From the NCBI GenBank assembly GCA_044892525.1, contig CM097887.1, positions 18,662,001-18,726,000 of the forward strand: a DNA stretch of 64,000 nucleotides, read 5' to 3'. The DNA is from Schmidtea polychroa. Taxonomy: Eukaryota. Below are positions 52,173 through 64,000 of the stretch, piece by piece. Position 1 is the stretch's first letter, and every line of letters begins with the position of its first letter. A model generated the notes under the pieces. That model was not told where the DNA came from, did no database searches, and was given only the letters and a program-made list of their open reading frames with translations. Both the position numbers and the translations under genes were made by a program.

Positions 52173-52645
52173 TTACCCAGGAGGGATCGCACTCTCAAAC
52201 ATTCCTCCGGATCGTGGAGTGGTTTCAGGCTCTTTCGATTTTTCCTGCTCGGCCAGCCAGGCCCTTTTCAATTTCTCTCGGGTATTACGCCCTAACCGTT
52301 TACGTTTCGGCTTGCTCGTCTGGGCCGGGGGGTATATCTGGGCCAGCTCCATGGGAAGTGGACGAATCTGTTCTCGGAGAGTGTCCTGGATGAACCTTTC
52401 GTTCAATCTACTCTCGAGCGTGCGCACTTGTAACTTCAGTGCTCGTATTTCGAGTTGGTCCTGCTCCGCCTGGGTCTGGAGTCGCGAGATGTGTGTTGTT
52501 CGTTTCTTCATCTCAGCCGGACTGAACCAAGTACCTTCGAGCTCTCGGCACTTGACTTTGAGCTTCTCGACCCGACTTCGGAGGTCTTCGGCTTGTTGCT
52601 GGGCTTGTTCGCGGTCCTTGCGTTGGTTTTCGAGTAACTTGTACA
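52173..52645 (-). CDS. M3 ORF2, intact, about 157 aa coiled-coil protein with TWFSP and basic motifs
   Basis: Open frame after ttttccttcag|TG; no ATG at the homologous start. Confidence 0.7.
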
Positions 52646-52946
52646 CTGAAGGAAAACAATAATAAAATTTCATCGCTCGCTTCCATGTGCGTAAAGGTGA
52701 TTCGATTAATTGCATAAAATTAATAGATGAAGGATGAGAAGGGTCACCTCAAACATGAATACACCCATAAGCCATAAAGTCCAAAATGTAATAGCAGAAA
52801 AACAATTTATTATACTACGAAGATACATGTTGAACGATATTGTCAAAAAGTTAATGAACAAAAATTGTAATGAAGTCAAACGCAAACACCATATCATTGA
52901 ATCAAATTTGTTAGATAGTTTTATTCCAGTTGCCACTGCTGGCGGC

Positions 52947-53263
52947 TTAGGCAGGATTCTTACGGGGCCTCCCTCGTTTTCGTGGAGGAGCATCTGCCTC
53001 TTCTAGCTCTTCGAGGGTTACTCCCTCTGCTTCGGCTCTGAGCTGAAGCTCGAGTCTCTTCAGTCGCCTCTGGGCCTCGTCTACTTCGCCGGCCGCTCGA
53101 TCGCGGGCTTCTCGCAACACATTGTTGGTCGGCTCTACTTTCACCCACCCCGGGGCATCGGGCTCGGGGCCACTTCGGATGACCGGACCATAATTATCTG
53201 GGTCCGGAGCCGCGTGATCCTCTGCCTGTACTCCGCTTCGTCGGGTTCACTTGTTTGAGCCAT
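52947..53263 (-). pseudogene. M3 ORF1, frameshifted by internal deletion
   Basis: MAQTSEPDEAEYRQRITRLRT / VIRSGPEPDAPGWVKVEP..PPRKRGRPRK. Confidence 0.8.
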
Positions 53264-56200
53264 TCTGTTAATAAATAAGGATGGTTAACGATAATGGTCT
53301 TTTCCCTTTTTTTAAAAATTTCATCTTTCTCATCAATCTGCTAAGACGTAAAACAGTGGTTCGAACGAATAGTTACCCTCTGATGGTAATAGTGTTCCGT
53401 GTCGTAAATTAGATGACCAATTTACAGCCAAAATGGATGGTCATTCACTTATCATCACCCTATAGCCTCACCCTGGAAACATCGAAAGGGATCTTCCTAA
53501 TAAATACTTTATTACTAATTCAGCCAGTGACAAAAATTTCCTTTGACCTTGAACTTTATTTTTGCTCGTGGTCGTCTTACCTAAATCGCTCAGATCTATT
53601 AGTTTAACTTTTATTGAAAAATTAAAACATGAATCTAGTTGCTTTATTAAGCTAACATTATTATGTAATTATTTACATCATGGGGATCATTTATTTGCAT
53701 TTGTATTTAAGCTGAATTATTTAATTCAGCTTATATTTTCACTATAATTAGCCCTAGAGAAAGATTTCGCTGGCGAACGGTTTTATTGTCGAACTGTGTT
53801 CCAATACCCTTCGTCGGTGAAGTTAATGATTCATTAGAAATAATAAAGACATATTCTATAACTTAATGACAATACATATCTACAAATTATAGTTTTGAAT
53901 TTTGGGTTGCACTTCAGGATTCAGAGATCATACATATTACCAATTTTTATATCAGGGTAATGTACGTTACTTTCAGAACTGTAGTTATTCAGAAATAATG
54001 AATTCCGTTTAAAATAATCAAGCATTTTCATTTTACTATGTACGCTTGTCGGAACTTCCTTACGAGGATTATTACGTTTACTTCTGAAAAACTTTTATAG
54101 CAACATTAAGATTTATATATATCAATGAGGTCCGACAAACGTACAGGTATAACTGAGCTTTTTAATGAGGTTCAACCGACTATATGTGTTCAATTTGGGT
54201 CTGAGATCTACTCAATTAGAGTCCTAGTGTTTAGTAGTGTGTGAAATTTTTAATGTTGATTTTAATTGTGTGCTGCATTCAAACTCGGGAAGAATGCTTG
54301 CTTACACGGCCCCACTGTGACCGCTACGACAAGCCCTACTGTAGTGTTGTAGTCGAAACATACCACTGTCGACCGATAATAAATAGTTAGAGCCATAGCC
54401 GAGGGGTTTTATCGACACAACTCCATGGTTGAACCATGAAGTGGACGACCTCCGATGACCGAACAAAAAAGATATATAATAAAAATAATGCATGTCTGCA
54501 TGTGGTTTTAGATTTTTAAAGTCTGGTTGAATGCAAGGCTGATCAGAGGTGCATACAATCGGCACGACTCTAATCACTCTTACATTCAACGGTAAAAAAA
54601 CGAAAAAGTTTCAAAAGGAAATATGGATTTGATAACAACTAAATGATAAAACATATTATAATGTAAAACATATTATAACATATCATATAAAACATATCAT
54701 AAAAACATATTATAATGTAAATAAAGTACTCCTTACTATTAAGATTTTTCCAAAGAATTTTCACAAAATCAAAAAAAATGAACTTGGCATAAAGTGATTA
54801 ATTATGACCGAAACGTGTCGGTATATATACCTATTTTGTACACGTGTATGTATTGATGCATTAAAACAAATTCTTTTTATTCCAGAATTTTCTATTTTGC
54901 GATTTTGCATTTTTAATGGCAATTTTTGTGCCATAATTTTTGTTTTTATTTTTAAATTTTTATTTTTTAATTATTTTTTCGTTAATTTGACGTCCATGAT
55001 GGATTTGGAACGGTTCCAGAACATTCCATGTTAATTTTTATTTTATTTTTATTTTAACTGATGTTTTATGAATTTCTTTTTAAGATTTTTTATTTTTAAT
55101 ACTAATTTATTTATTTTCTCTAACTTTTGTTGTTCTAGATGGCTTTTGTGATGGTCTTCGCCATTTTTATGGAATGTTCTGGGTTTTTCTGGAATTTTTT
55201 ACTGTTTTTTTACCGTTTTTTTAAGTTATTCGAGTCTGTTTTTTGTAACTCCGTGTTTATTTGGTTATTTTTGAGTTCTATTTTTGCATCACTTCTTGCT
55301 TTTGTATAATTTTATTTAATTTCTGTGTTTATGTTTTTGTTGTTTTCTCCTTTAATTAATATTGTTTATTTGGTGTAGTTTTCAATATTTAGCTATACTT
55401 TTTGCTTTTTGCATGTTGTGTACCTACACATTTCAGTCATAATTAGAAGTTTGGGTCTAGAAATAAGTTCCAGCCCAACATTAGTATATCATCTAGATAT
55501 AACAGTTCTTTATCTTTCCATAATAATCTTAATATTTTTCTCCTTAATTCTTAAAATGTATCCGTAGGTGCTACAATACCAAATGGCATTCGATTGAAAC
55601 TAAATTGTCATTCTTTCGTTGAGAATGGTTTTTTCTATGTGAGTATTTTTCCACTTTGTCTTAGTAATAGGCGTTACCTAAGTTCATCACACTTAAATAT
55701 TTATCCCAATGTGAATTGTCTAATATTTCTACTACATTTGACATCGAGGTGCCTGTCCTTACTTATCCGTCTTATTTATTTATCTAAAAGTATACAATAG
55801 TTTCAAGGTGAGTTACACTTCCTAATAATTCCGTTGCTTTTTATGTTTTTCATATATTTTCCTTCAAGATTTATTGACTTTATTGTTATTGTTTCTCCTT
55901 CCGTTACGATTTCATGCTTGGTCAGGTACTTAAATTCGATATCGCATTTATCACTCATAAAAACCTATTTATAAGATTCTAAAATTTATTGAAACCCCTT
56001 ATTAGTTCCAATAGAATTACATTTGATTTCTTTGTTCAATTTAAATTAGTAGTTCTGTCTCTGTGTTAATATATGATATGATAATTTTTACTATAATGAA
56101 CCTTATCTTCAATGTTATATCTCCTATTTTAGAATAGACTTCTATTTTATCTAGAGTTTCAAACATGCTGTTGGTTGGGCATCTAAAAAGCTAATTATTT

Positions 56201-59200
56201 CCATTTATTCATCACGTTTATTCTTGCACTTATATCCAATAAACAATCAACTTTTAAACTGTCATTGTGATTCTTTTGTTTTGTCTTATTTCTTATTTTT
56301 ATTTTTTGATTCCTTTTCTGTTCAGACAACTGATAATTTTCTTCACTTTTCCATCTTCTTTGTTGTTATTCTAATCTGCAATTTCTAGTTCTTTCATTTC
56401 TATCTTTTACCTAATCTTTTTATCTTTAATGCAATGGATTATCCAGTATTTTTCAATTTCATCCTAGTTCTACGGATGTGTGAGAAATTATTCTATTGAT
56501 TTTTTTAAATTGTCTATTAATTTTGTTGGCTTTTTGGAAGGTTGTCCGTTACTTTCATTTTCTCCCCTTCTGTAGCTTCGGATTCATCATCTAATGTTCT
56601 GTCCAGCACGGTGTTACCAAAAGTATTTAGTTTTATACTGGTGTCTTCGCTACTTCAAAACCTTTGAAAATCTTTGAAGAATTGCTTTATGTGGCCTATC
56701 TTTGTCAGAATTTACTCAAAGAACGAGAGAATACTCTCAACATTTGTATCAAAGAAAAGAAAGATTTTAAGTAAAAACTAATAATTAATTCAATCTTTTT
56801 GAGATATTTTAGACCAGAAATTAATTAAAGCCTTTGGAGTTATGGGTCTTTTCAATTATTTAACTTTGGACTAATTGAGTATGCTACCTAGACGCGATAC
56901 TCCGCCTTGATCCAGGTTTTACTCTGATTCCAATAATTCTATCAATTTCTAAAATTACTTGCTTTCTTGTCATTTTTTAAAAATTCTTTTCTATCTTGAT
57001 TTATGTAAAATTTGAGGTTGCCTAAAAATAATAAAAAAATCAAAATTAAAAAACCAAATAAAAGTTATCACAAATCAATCAAAAATAGTTTTAAAATAAA
57101 TAATTAAATGAATTACAAATCAATATCTCAATATTATTTAGTATGGAATGGAAACAGATAATAATTACAAAGATAAATAAATTTGAAATTATTTCAAATT
57201 CAGAGGGGGTCATTTGGGGGTAAAAAACATAGAAAAGATTAAGTGAAAATTTTGTATTTCATTAATCATTGTGTTGAGGTCTCGTTCTAAAAATATAAAA
57301 AAATGAATTAAGCTCAAATTTAATTTAAGACTAATGAAAATCAATAAAGTGGAAAAATCAATATATTGGGGGGGGGAGTGGTAACCGGTGACAAATTGAA
57401 AATTGAAGATGGATAAAATTATTTTCAATTGATGGGTTTCTAGGAAGAAAATGAGTTACAATAGGGGTTAAGTAAGTGAACTCACATATCATTGCGGACA
57501 AAGTCTGAAATCGAAATACTGGAAATTGCAAAGTGAGAGTCCGAACAGTGTCAAACCTTTTAGTAACATAACGCACACCGAAAACAATTTAATTTAAAGC
57601 ATGTATTAAATGCAAAATAAACAAATATAATAAAATTAATTGAAGCGATAAGAAGCAGGCATAAAATCATTTAATAAAATCAAATTAATGAAAACCATCA
57701 AATTGTCACCCAAAAAACCGCCAAAAATCAACATGGTAACCAAATGAAATAAATTGACGATGGAAAAACAACATGGCAGAGTAAGGAGAAAAGTTAATTC
57801 AAAAGTAAATTAACTTTAAATGGTAATTTATAAAAATACGTAAAAGACTTACTGCAAAACTGAAACAAATGAAACAAAAACAGGCGAAAAAGGCGCACTT
57901 GTAACACGTGGAAAGATCGGAAACGATTGACCAAAAGAACCACACGCAAACATGTTACTAGAAATACCAAGAGTTTTTTACACCACCTTTTGACTTATTT
58001 CATTTTGAGTTATCATCTATATCACATGTCAGGCCCGTCCAAGCGCATCGAGATAATAGTATGCAAAAGTTCCTCCTTTAATATAAACAAGGTTGAAAGT
58101 TAACAACAGCAGTTACGTCTACCGAAAAACTAACTGGACAAGATCGAAAGCATCTGGCTCAGTCTCGCACAAGTTCACGAGTTACGACGACATATTTTTC
58201 AACTTGGAAAAATCAGGGACAACCTAATTATGGACAGTAGCGTCCAGAAGATCCTGATTAACAAGACAAGCAAGTGACTTATGCAACTGTATACTGAAAC
58301 AAAACTCAAGCAAATGGTTCAGTATATAACGCTGGTAGTAAAACCTGTCTATATTGGTCACAAACTAAAGTTACTGAATAATAAATGCATTTTCATGGAT
58401 TTTTAAATTAATGACACTTTTGGCTAATTTTTGTTTCAGTCTATGAAAAAAACAGAATTCTTGTCCTTCTTGCATTTATATTTAAAAAAACGTCATTTTG
58501 ACCTTCAGTCTAGAATCTAAGAGTAGAAAAGAATTCACACGAATAATGGTTTACAAGAGAGTTAAAATTATCACAGAGTTAAAACAAATGGCCATTTCAC
58601 GACTCCTAAGAACCGCAATGTTATATTAAAGTTTTTTCCCCAGGAACAAATATATAATGACACGAGAAAGTCCAGTGTAAAGACATATTGAAAAATTATT
58701 ATTTATCTTGGAGGTAAAAAATAAACCAATAATCTTCAAAAAGTGGTGGTAAAATAAAAATTATAAAGTATTGAAACAAATATTTCGATCTCTCGATAAT
58801 TTATCTAACTCAATCTTTATAATTGACATTTATATAAAATTATTAAAAAGGACCAAATAATTTCAACGTGAAATAAATATTTAATAATTCCCAATAAAAA
58901 TACTATATTTAAATAATAATTAAATTTTTCAATTAAAAAATTGTAAATAATTAAATGTTACTTTCTAACCTTTGCAATTTTATGAAAGGTTAATCGGAAG
59001 GTTAATTGGAATAATAAAAATTTATTAATTTAATTTGTGATTTGACTTCATTTTAGATTATCTTTGAAATAATGAGTTCCTTTATTAAAGCTTTTACAAT
59101 AACTCGAAATTCTTATTAAATTTCACTAGAATGCTTAAAATTATAACTAAATTTATTTCAATTAAAATTAAAAAAATGATTTTTAAAGGATTTTAATGTT

Positions 59201-59875
59201 TGTTTTGATGGTCAAAAATTAGAAAAAACTTCTTTTTTCACAAAAACTATACACTAAAAGAAAATGATTTCCATCAAGTAAGTTTTATTGTTATTTTAAT
59301 TTATTGTAAAAATCATAATTATTCTAATTTATAATATAACTAATTAATATTAGCAATAAATGACTACCGTATTAAAAATAAATAATATATCATGTAAAAA
59401 TCTTTTTAATTGTTAAAATTACCAGAATTCATTATAAAATTGGAGTTCGAACTATCGTTATAATTATTTAAAATGTCTGATGTGATTTTATATTTGTAAC
59501 CAGTTTAACATAAGAATTAAATAAATTTATGGCTTATATTTTTGATATCAAGAACATTAGCAGATGATTATAATTAAAAATTTAATTAAATAGTTAATTA
59601 TGTTTATAAAAATAAAAACAGTAAAAATAAAATAAACCAGTTGCTCAAATAATTAAAATTTTGAAATTTTTATTTAAATTTAAGGTACAAAAATATAGTG
59701 CTTTATAACCAAATTGAATATTTAATTTAATTAAATTAAAATTATAAACATTTCATTTTACTGTAAATTATTTTAATTTAATGGCTTTGTTTCAATGATA
59801 TACATTTATAAAAATTTAAATTTTTATTCAATACTATAAATTTTAATCCCCTTAATTTTAATATAATTGTAGACG

Positions 59876-60025
59876 ATGGATAGTTCTGATAACTTATTTT
59901 TATATCAAACCGATAACAGAGAACCAGAAGAACAAATGTATATTATAGCTGATGATGGTAATATGCAGTTTGATGGTATTCAAGGTTATGCTATGGCGGA
60001 TGGTACTGGAGAGAATATCATTCAA
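59876..60025 (+). CDS. C2H2 zinc-finger protein, exon 1
   Basis: ATG after ttgtag|ACG; 150 nt; 43-bp GT..AG intron joins in frame to 60069. Confidence 0.75.
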
Positions 60026-60068
60026 GTATTTTTTTTAAATACAAATTCATAAATAATATTTACTTAAG

Positions 60069-61482
60069 TTGAATGATACTAATGGACAAATAGTAGATAT
60101 GAATGGTGAACCTTATATCATATATAACAACGATGACGGATTACATTATATTATTGATGCAAATGCTAGTGAAGGAAATTCAGACAACAATAATAACTTA
60201 GATAGCAATAATAAGTCTGTAACCTATCGATGTCCATCATGTACCTTATCTTATCAAAATGCAAATGCATTTACTAAGCATATGCGCGAGAAGCACTTTG
60301 TTAAAGTTTTCACTTGTCGACAATGTGAAGATTTTTTTGAAAACCTCAGTTTATTATTTCTACATGCCAGAAGAACGCATGTCGATCCTAAAAAGCCCAG
60401 GAAGAATCCCTCTAATTTTAAATTTCATTGTCCGGATTGTGATTATATGACCAACAATGGTGGTACAATGGAACATCACAGGCGTGCTCATTCAGGTGTT
60501 AAACCCTATAAATGTGATATATGTTTTAAAATGTTTGCTCAAAAAGCCAATATGAAAACTCATAAAAATAGACATATTCACAAAGATAGAATCTTCCGGT
60601 GTGAAACATGCAGTAAATCTTTTAATTCCCACGATATCTATTTAGCTCATTTGAGAACTCGAGAACACGAACTTCAAGAACATTTTCAAATTATGATGAC
60701 TTCTAAGATTCGAATTCGTTGTATGGGATGTAATGAAGTGTTCGATAATTACTTTTATGTCAATAAACACTCAAGATCATGTGAGATTCTCAAGAGCCTG
60801 GGCATAAAATTTTGGTGTATTCAATGCGAAGTTGGATTTAGTAATTCTACGGAATTGAAACATCATTTAAAAGGACACGGAGGTAATCAAATGATAATAT
60901 GTCCCGTCTGTGGTGAAAAGGGTTTCCCTGGATTTAATCAGCTCAATCATCACATAACTCGTGCTCACGCGCTCAAAGTCAACCGGCGGAATGTTTGCCG
61001 GTATTGTGAAATGCCATTTGAAACCAAAGATCTTTTGGATGATCATATTGAAGATATGCACCATTCGGAAAAAAATGCTCGTCAATCTAGAGGAGCTGCG
61101 GGTCGTTTAAGATGTCGATATGAGAATTGCGATTTTACTTCGAACTCAGTTATGTTAATGGATCGTCATCACGATCAACATGTTAATAACTCATTACCGA
61201 GTCAGAAAGAAATCAAAACTAGAGGAAGGAAACGTAAACTTCCACCGATAGAAATGCTGGATTTTGAAAAACACGAGCTGATTGACGCGGAAATCGAGCA
61301 TGTTAACTCGACTATTGATCACAATGAGATTCTACGTGATGAGCAAGTTTTGAAATCAACCGTTATTAAATCGGAAATGGTTGAACCAACATTCAAGAAA
61401 GTGAAGCAAGCTCCAATGAAAAGTGTGGAAAGTTTCGATGATATGGATTTAGTCGATTTGCAGAGATTAGCAACAGTGTTCG
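60069..61482 (+). CDS. C2H2 zinc-finger protein, exon 2
   Basis: About ten CxxC..HxxxH fingers and an SGVKPY linker; donor TTCG|gtaaat. Confidence 0.92.
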
Positions 61483-61738
61483 GTAAATTTCTATATATTT
61501 TAAGGTAAAGGTTCTGATTGGAAGGATAAATGTATCTATTAATAGCATTGATTTTCATTGATCGAAATTTTACAAATCACATTTTAATAACAAAGAACTA
61601 ATGTTAGTAATACTCACATTCAAATATTTTCATTTTTAAATATCATTGAAAATAATGCTCATTAATGGAAAATAAAATCTATCTAATTAAACATTTGCCG
61701 ATTTATCTGTGATAATCATTACAAATTTATGTTTATAG

Positions 61739-61902
61739 TTGAAAAAAATCCATCATCACCTCAGGCGGATAGTAGGAAAAAGCGAGGAAGACCGAGAAAG
61801 GCACCAGTCAGATTTGAAGATTACGAAGTCTCAGATATTGACTCACCAAAAATATTCAGCACAGTTAAAAATGAAAACAGTGATACCAACGGCTGGAATT
61901 AA
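61739..61902 (+). CDS. C2H2 zinc-finger protein, exon 3 with AT-hook (total about 575 aa)
   Basis: ttatag|TTGAA in phase 1 gives RKKRGRPRK; total CDS 1728 nt, divisible by 3. Confidence 0.75.
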
Positions 61903-62381
61903 GTGTGCTTACCAAAATGCAATTGTGACGATCAGATGCACTTCACTTATTTCTAAATTTTTATAATAATATCTTTATGATTTTTCTGGTCTGAGTTTGA
62001 ATTTTGATTAAGAGAATTTGTAAATGTATATTTTATGCCATTTAAAGTGTTTGTGTAAATGATTGTAGTGATTGCGATTTTGGTATCAAATGTAATTATA
62101 AATGACTTTAATGGCAATAAATTTTTTTGTCATTAGATTTGTATTTTATATGCCACGTTGTTTTAAATATCATCACAAATTACGTAATATGTTAAACAAT
62201 AATCATTACTGTTGACAGAAATCTTTTACAATACAGATTAGTGTTTTGTTTATTCAACTTAATTCAAAAGTTAATTTTGTTTAATCTAACCATTAAATAT
62301 TTGAAATTTAAAAATTATTTGACAACTCATTTAACAAATTTAAATATTTTCATGATTAATTTTAGATAATAAAATATTAAA

Positions 62382-62536
62382 ATGGATGTACCGGATTATC
62401 GCTTATCAAATACTTGTGGACCGTTCTTTTTTATATTTTGTTTCACAAAAATATTGAAAACAGTGGGAATTTTTCTAAGTTATGATGTTCTGAAAATTTT
62501 ACCGCTATCATTATTTTTATTTTTATACAGTTTCAT
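62382..62536 (+). CDS. SLC30A5: Zinc transporter 5, exon 1
   Basis: FCFTKILKTVGIFLSYDVLK matches the ZnT5 N-terminus; 47-bp intron follows. Confidence 0.8.
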
Positions 62537-62583
62537 GTAGGAATAATTACATTATGTGAACTTATTTCAAATTACACATTTAG

Positions 62584-62650
62584 AATTTCTGGAATTTTAA
62601 TTATTTTACAAAAACCATTTACTTCAGGACCCAAATTGAAAACACATCAA
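62584..62650 (+). CDS. SLC30A5: Zinc transporter 5, exon 2
   Basis: ILQKPFTSGPKLKTHQ|gtaatg, compared with ZnT5 LFQKPFSSG..KHQ. Confidence 0.8.
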
Positions 62651-62693
62651 GTAATGTAAAAGTAATTTAAATTTTAATTCAAAATATATTTAG

Positions 62694-63528
62694 TGGTTTA
62701 AAGTTATTCAATATTCGTTTTGTAATTGTTTAACCCAGATCATTGTTTTGCTTGGCTTAAGTCTATCAGGACCATTGAGATTTATATTAATTTTTGAACA
62801 TAATGAAGTGGTGGTTCTTTCATTGCTAAGCTGTTTATTTTTTATTAATTCCAATTCTACCGCAAAATCTCGTGGAACATTTATATTTATCTGTGCAATA
62901 ATCAGTATTTTATTTTTCGATCACGATCACAAAGAAGAAATATCTATGTCTAAGCCAAATCCAAGATCAGATGTTTTTATATTTAGCTGGATAAGCTCTA
63001 TTTTCAACGTATTTGGTCTGTCAGATCACAAAGCAGGAGTAATTTGTCTAATTATCGGATTGTTGTTGGATACTGCTTGCAAACAAATCCTAAGTAAACG
63101 GATTAACAATTTTATTGGGGGGTTGAAACGATTGAATGCTTTATCAATAATCATGTCGACTCTGTTCTGGCTATTGGTGGTCACAGCAAGCTATTTCAGC
63201 AATCAATATGAGCAAATGCTCAATCAAACCAACAGTATTTATCAATCGAAATGGCATATTTTGTTGGTCGTGTTCTTCATCAGTTTGTCTGTTGGAATAT
63301 TAGATTATTACATCAATTCAATAACGATAACCAAATATGGGAATCAATTCATTGGCAGTTACGGAAACATGATAATGAGTTTCAGTGGAGTATTGCTATC
63401 GATATTTTGGAATCATCCCTACACGACGAGCAAGACAATGCTTCACAAAGTTGCCATTGAAATGTCTGATGTATCTGATCACCAGTTATCCATTGGAGTT
63501 ATCATTAGTGTTCTATTAATAGTTTACG
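62694..63528 (+). CDS. SLC30A5: Zinc transporter 5, exon 3; gene probably continues past the window
   Basis: GPLR..FEH, AKSRG, DHKAG, GGLKRLNALS, LDYY, FWNHP motifs; donor G|gtaagt. Confidence 0.88.
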
Positions 63529-64000
63529 GTAAGTGTTTTGTTATTTTGCATATTGAATTAGAATGCAGTTATTTCATTTAAACAGAAAATTCGATAGAAT
63601 GCTCACGATTTTATTATCCATTTTGAATTATCGAACATTTTTATGATTATATAGATTTTTTTTAAATATATTTCCGAAGTTTATAAAACTAATTTCACGC
63701 CATGAAGGTAAAAGTTTTACATTTTAATATATAATTTTAAATTAAAACTATTTAACTAGGTCATATGTGTTGCTAAAATATTATGATTTCGATAAATTTG
63801 ATTTTTTTGACTTATAAATTTTGCTTAATAATTTTTAAATTGATTAAATATTTTGAATTTTTTTGTTGGAATAACTATGAAATATTAGATTTTATTTTAT
63901 GGATTTTAAATGAACATTTAAATTTAATTCTTAATATCTGCATATAATCGTGTAAAGGAATTAATTTTATTAGTAAATCTAATTGCTAAATATTTCAGCA

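Larger units (their letters stand above)
51817..55480 (-). mobile_element. Element M3 (3664 bp)
   Basis: TGGTGGG at 51817 and CCCAACA ending at 55480; TSD TTAG/TTAG. Confidence 0.92.
49380..56200 (-). mobile_element. Decayed Ty3/Gypsy pol (protease-RT-RNase H-integrase); boundaries approximate
   Basis: GIIRKCNSP, DKYLSVMNLGNAYY, FNRMPFG, YLDDIL|IF (split by M3), ILSQ..HVITYGSR, PLEKIYMDIFG, RMGRTIINLL in Gypsy order; many stops and frameshifts. Confidence 0.8.

Noticed and set aside
52130-53148. Plus-strand ORFs overlapping element ORFs (52130, 52219, 52455, 52960; also 11374, 11450, 41232)
   Set aside because: Antisense or alternative-frame shadows of GC-rich ORF1 and ORF2; not conserved as frames between copies.
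59190-59277. Possible ubiquitin-like exon (CFDGQKLE..LKEND) ending at a GTAAGT donor
   Set aside because: Needs a frameshift and no partner exons were found; may be a UTR exon of the zinc-finger gene.
1-64000. CRISPR arrays, rRNA, tRNA genes or prokaryotic operons
   Set aside because: None seen; the window is intron-containing eukaryotic DNA and its repeats lack unique spacers.

Overview
AT-rich eukaryotic (animal-like) genomic window with five N-gaps. Host genes have very short introns of about 43-50 bp. Host genes: a 4-exon FAD-dependent oxidoreductase on the minus strand (18465-48446) whose second intron is about 25 kb of nested transposons; a 3-exon C2H2 zinc-finger/AT-hook gene; the 5' part of SLC30A5 (ZnT5); and an orphan ORF. 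The rest is transposon debris: hAT, Merlin, Tc1, Gypsy, solo LTRs, MITEs, and captured PSMA6 and fatty acyl-CoA reductase fragments. The standout is a family of 2-6 kb elements, here called M/D/E, with six copies. They have TGTTGGG...CCCA(C/A)CA ends, 4-bp target-site duplications and no integrase or RT. They carry a terminal hairpin at each end, a candidate promoter, two small ORFs each preceded by a splice acceptor (an AT-hook protein and a coiled-coil 'TWFSP' protein), and a covarying structured 3' RNA-like domain with an invariant ANNACCAA bulge. In the M copies this domain ends in a 7-bp stem plus ACCA. All calls come from manual reading and alignment; no database searches were run.
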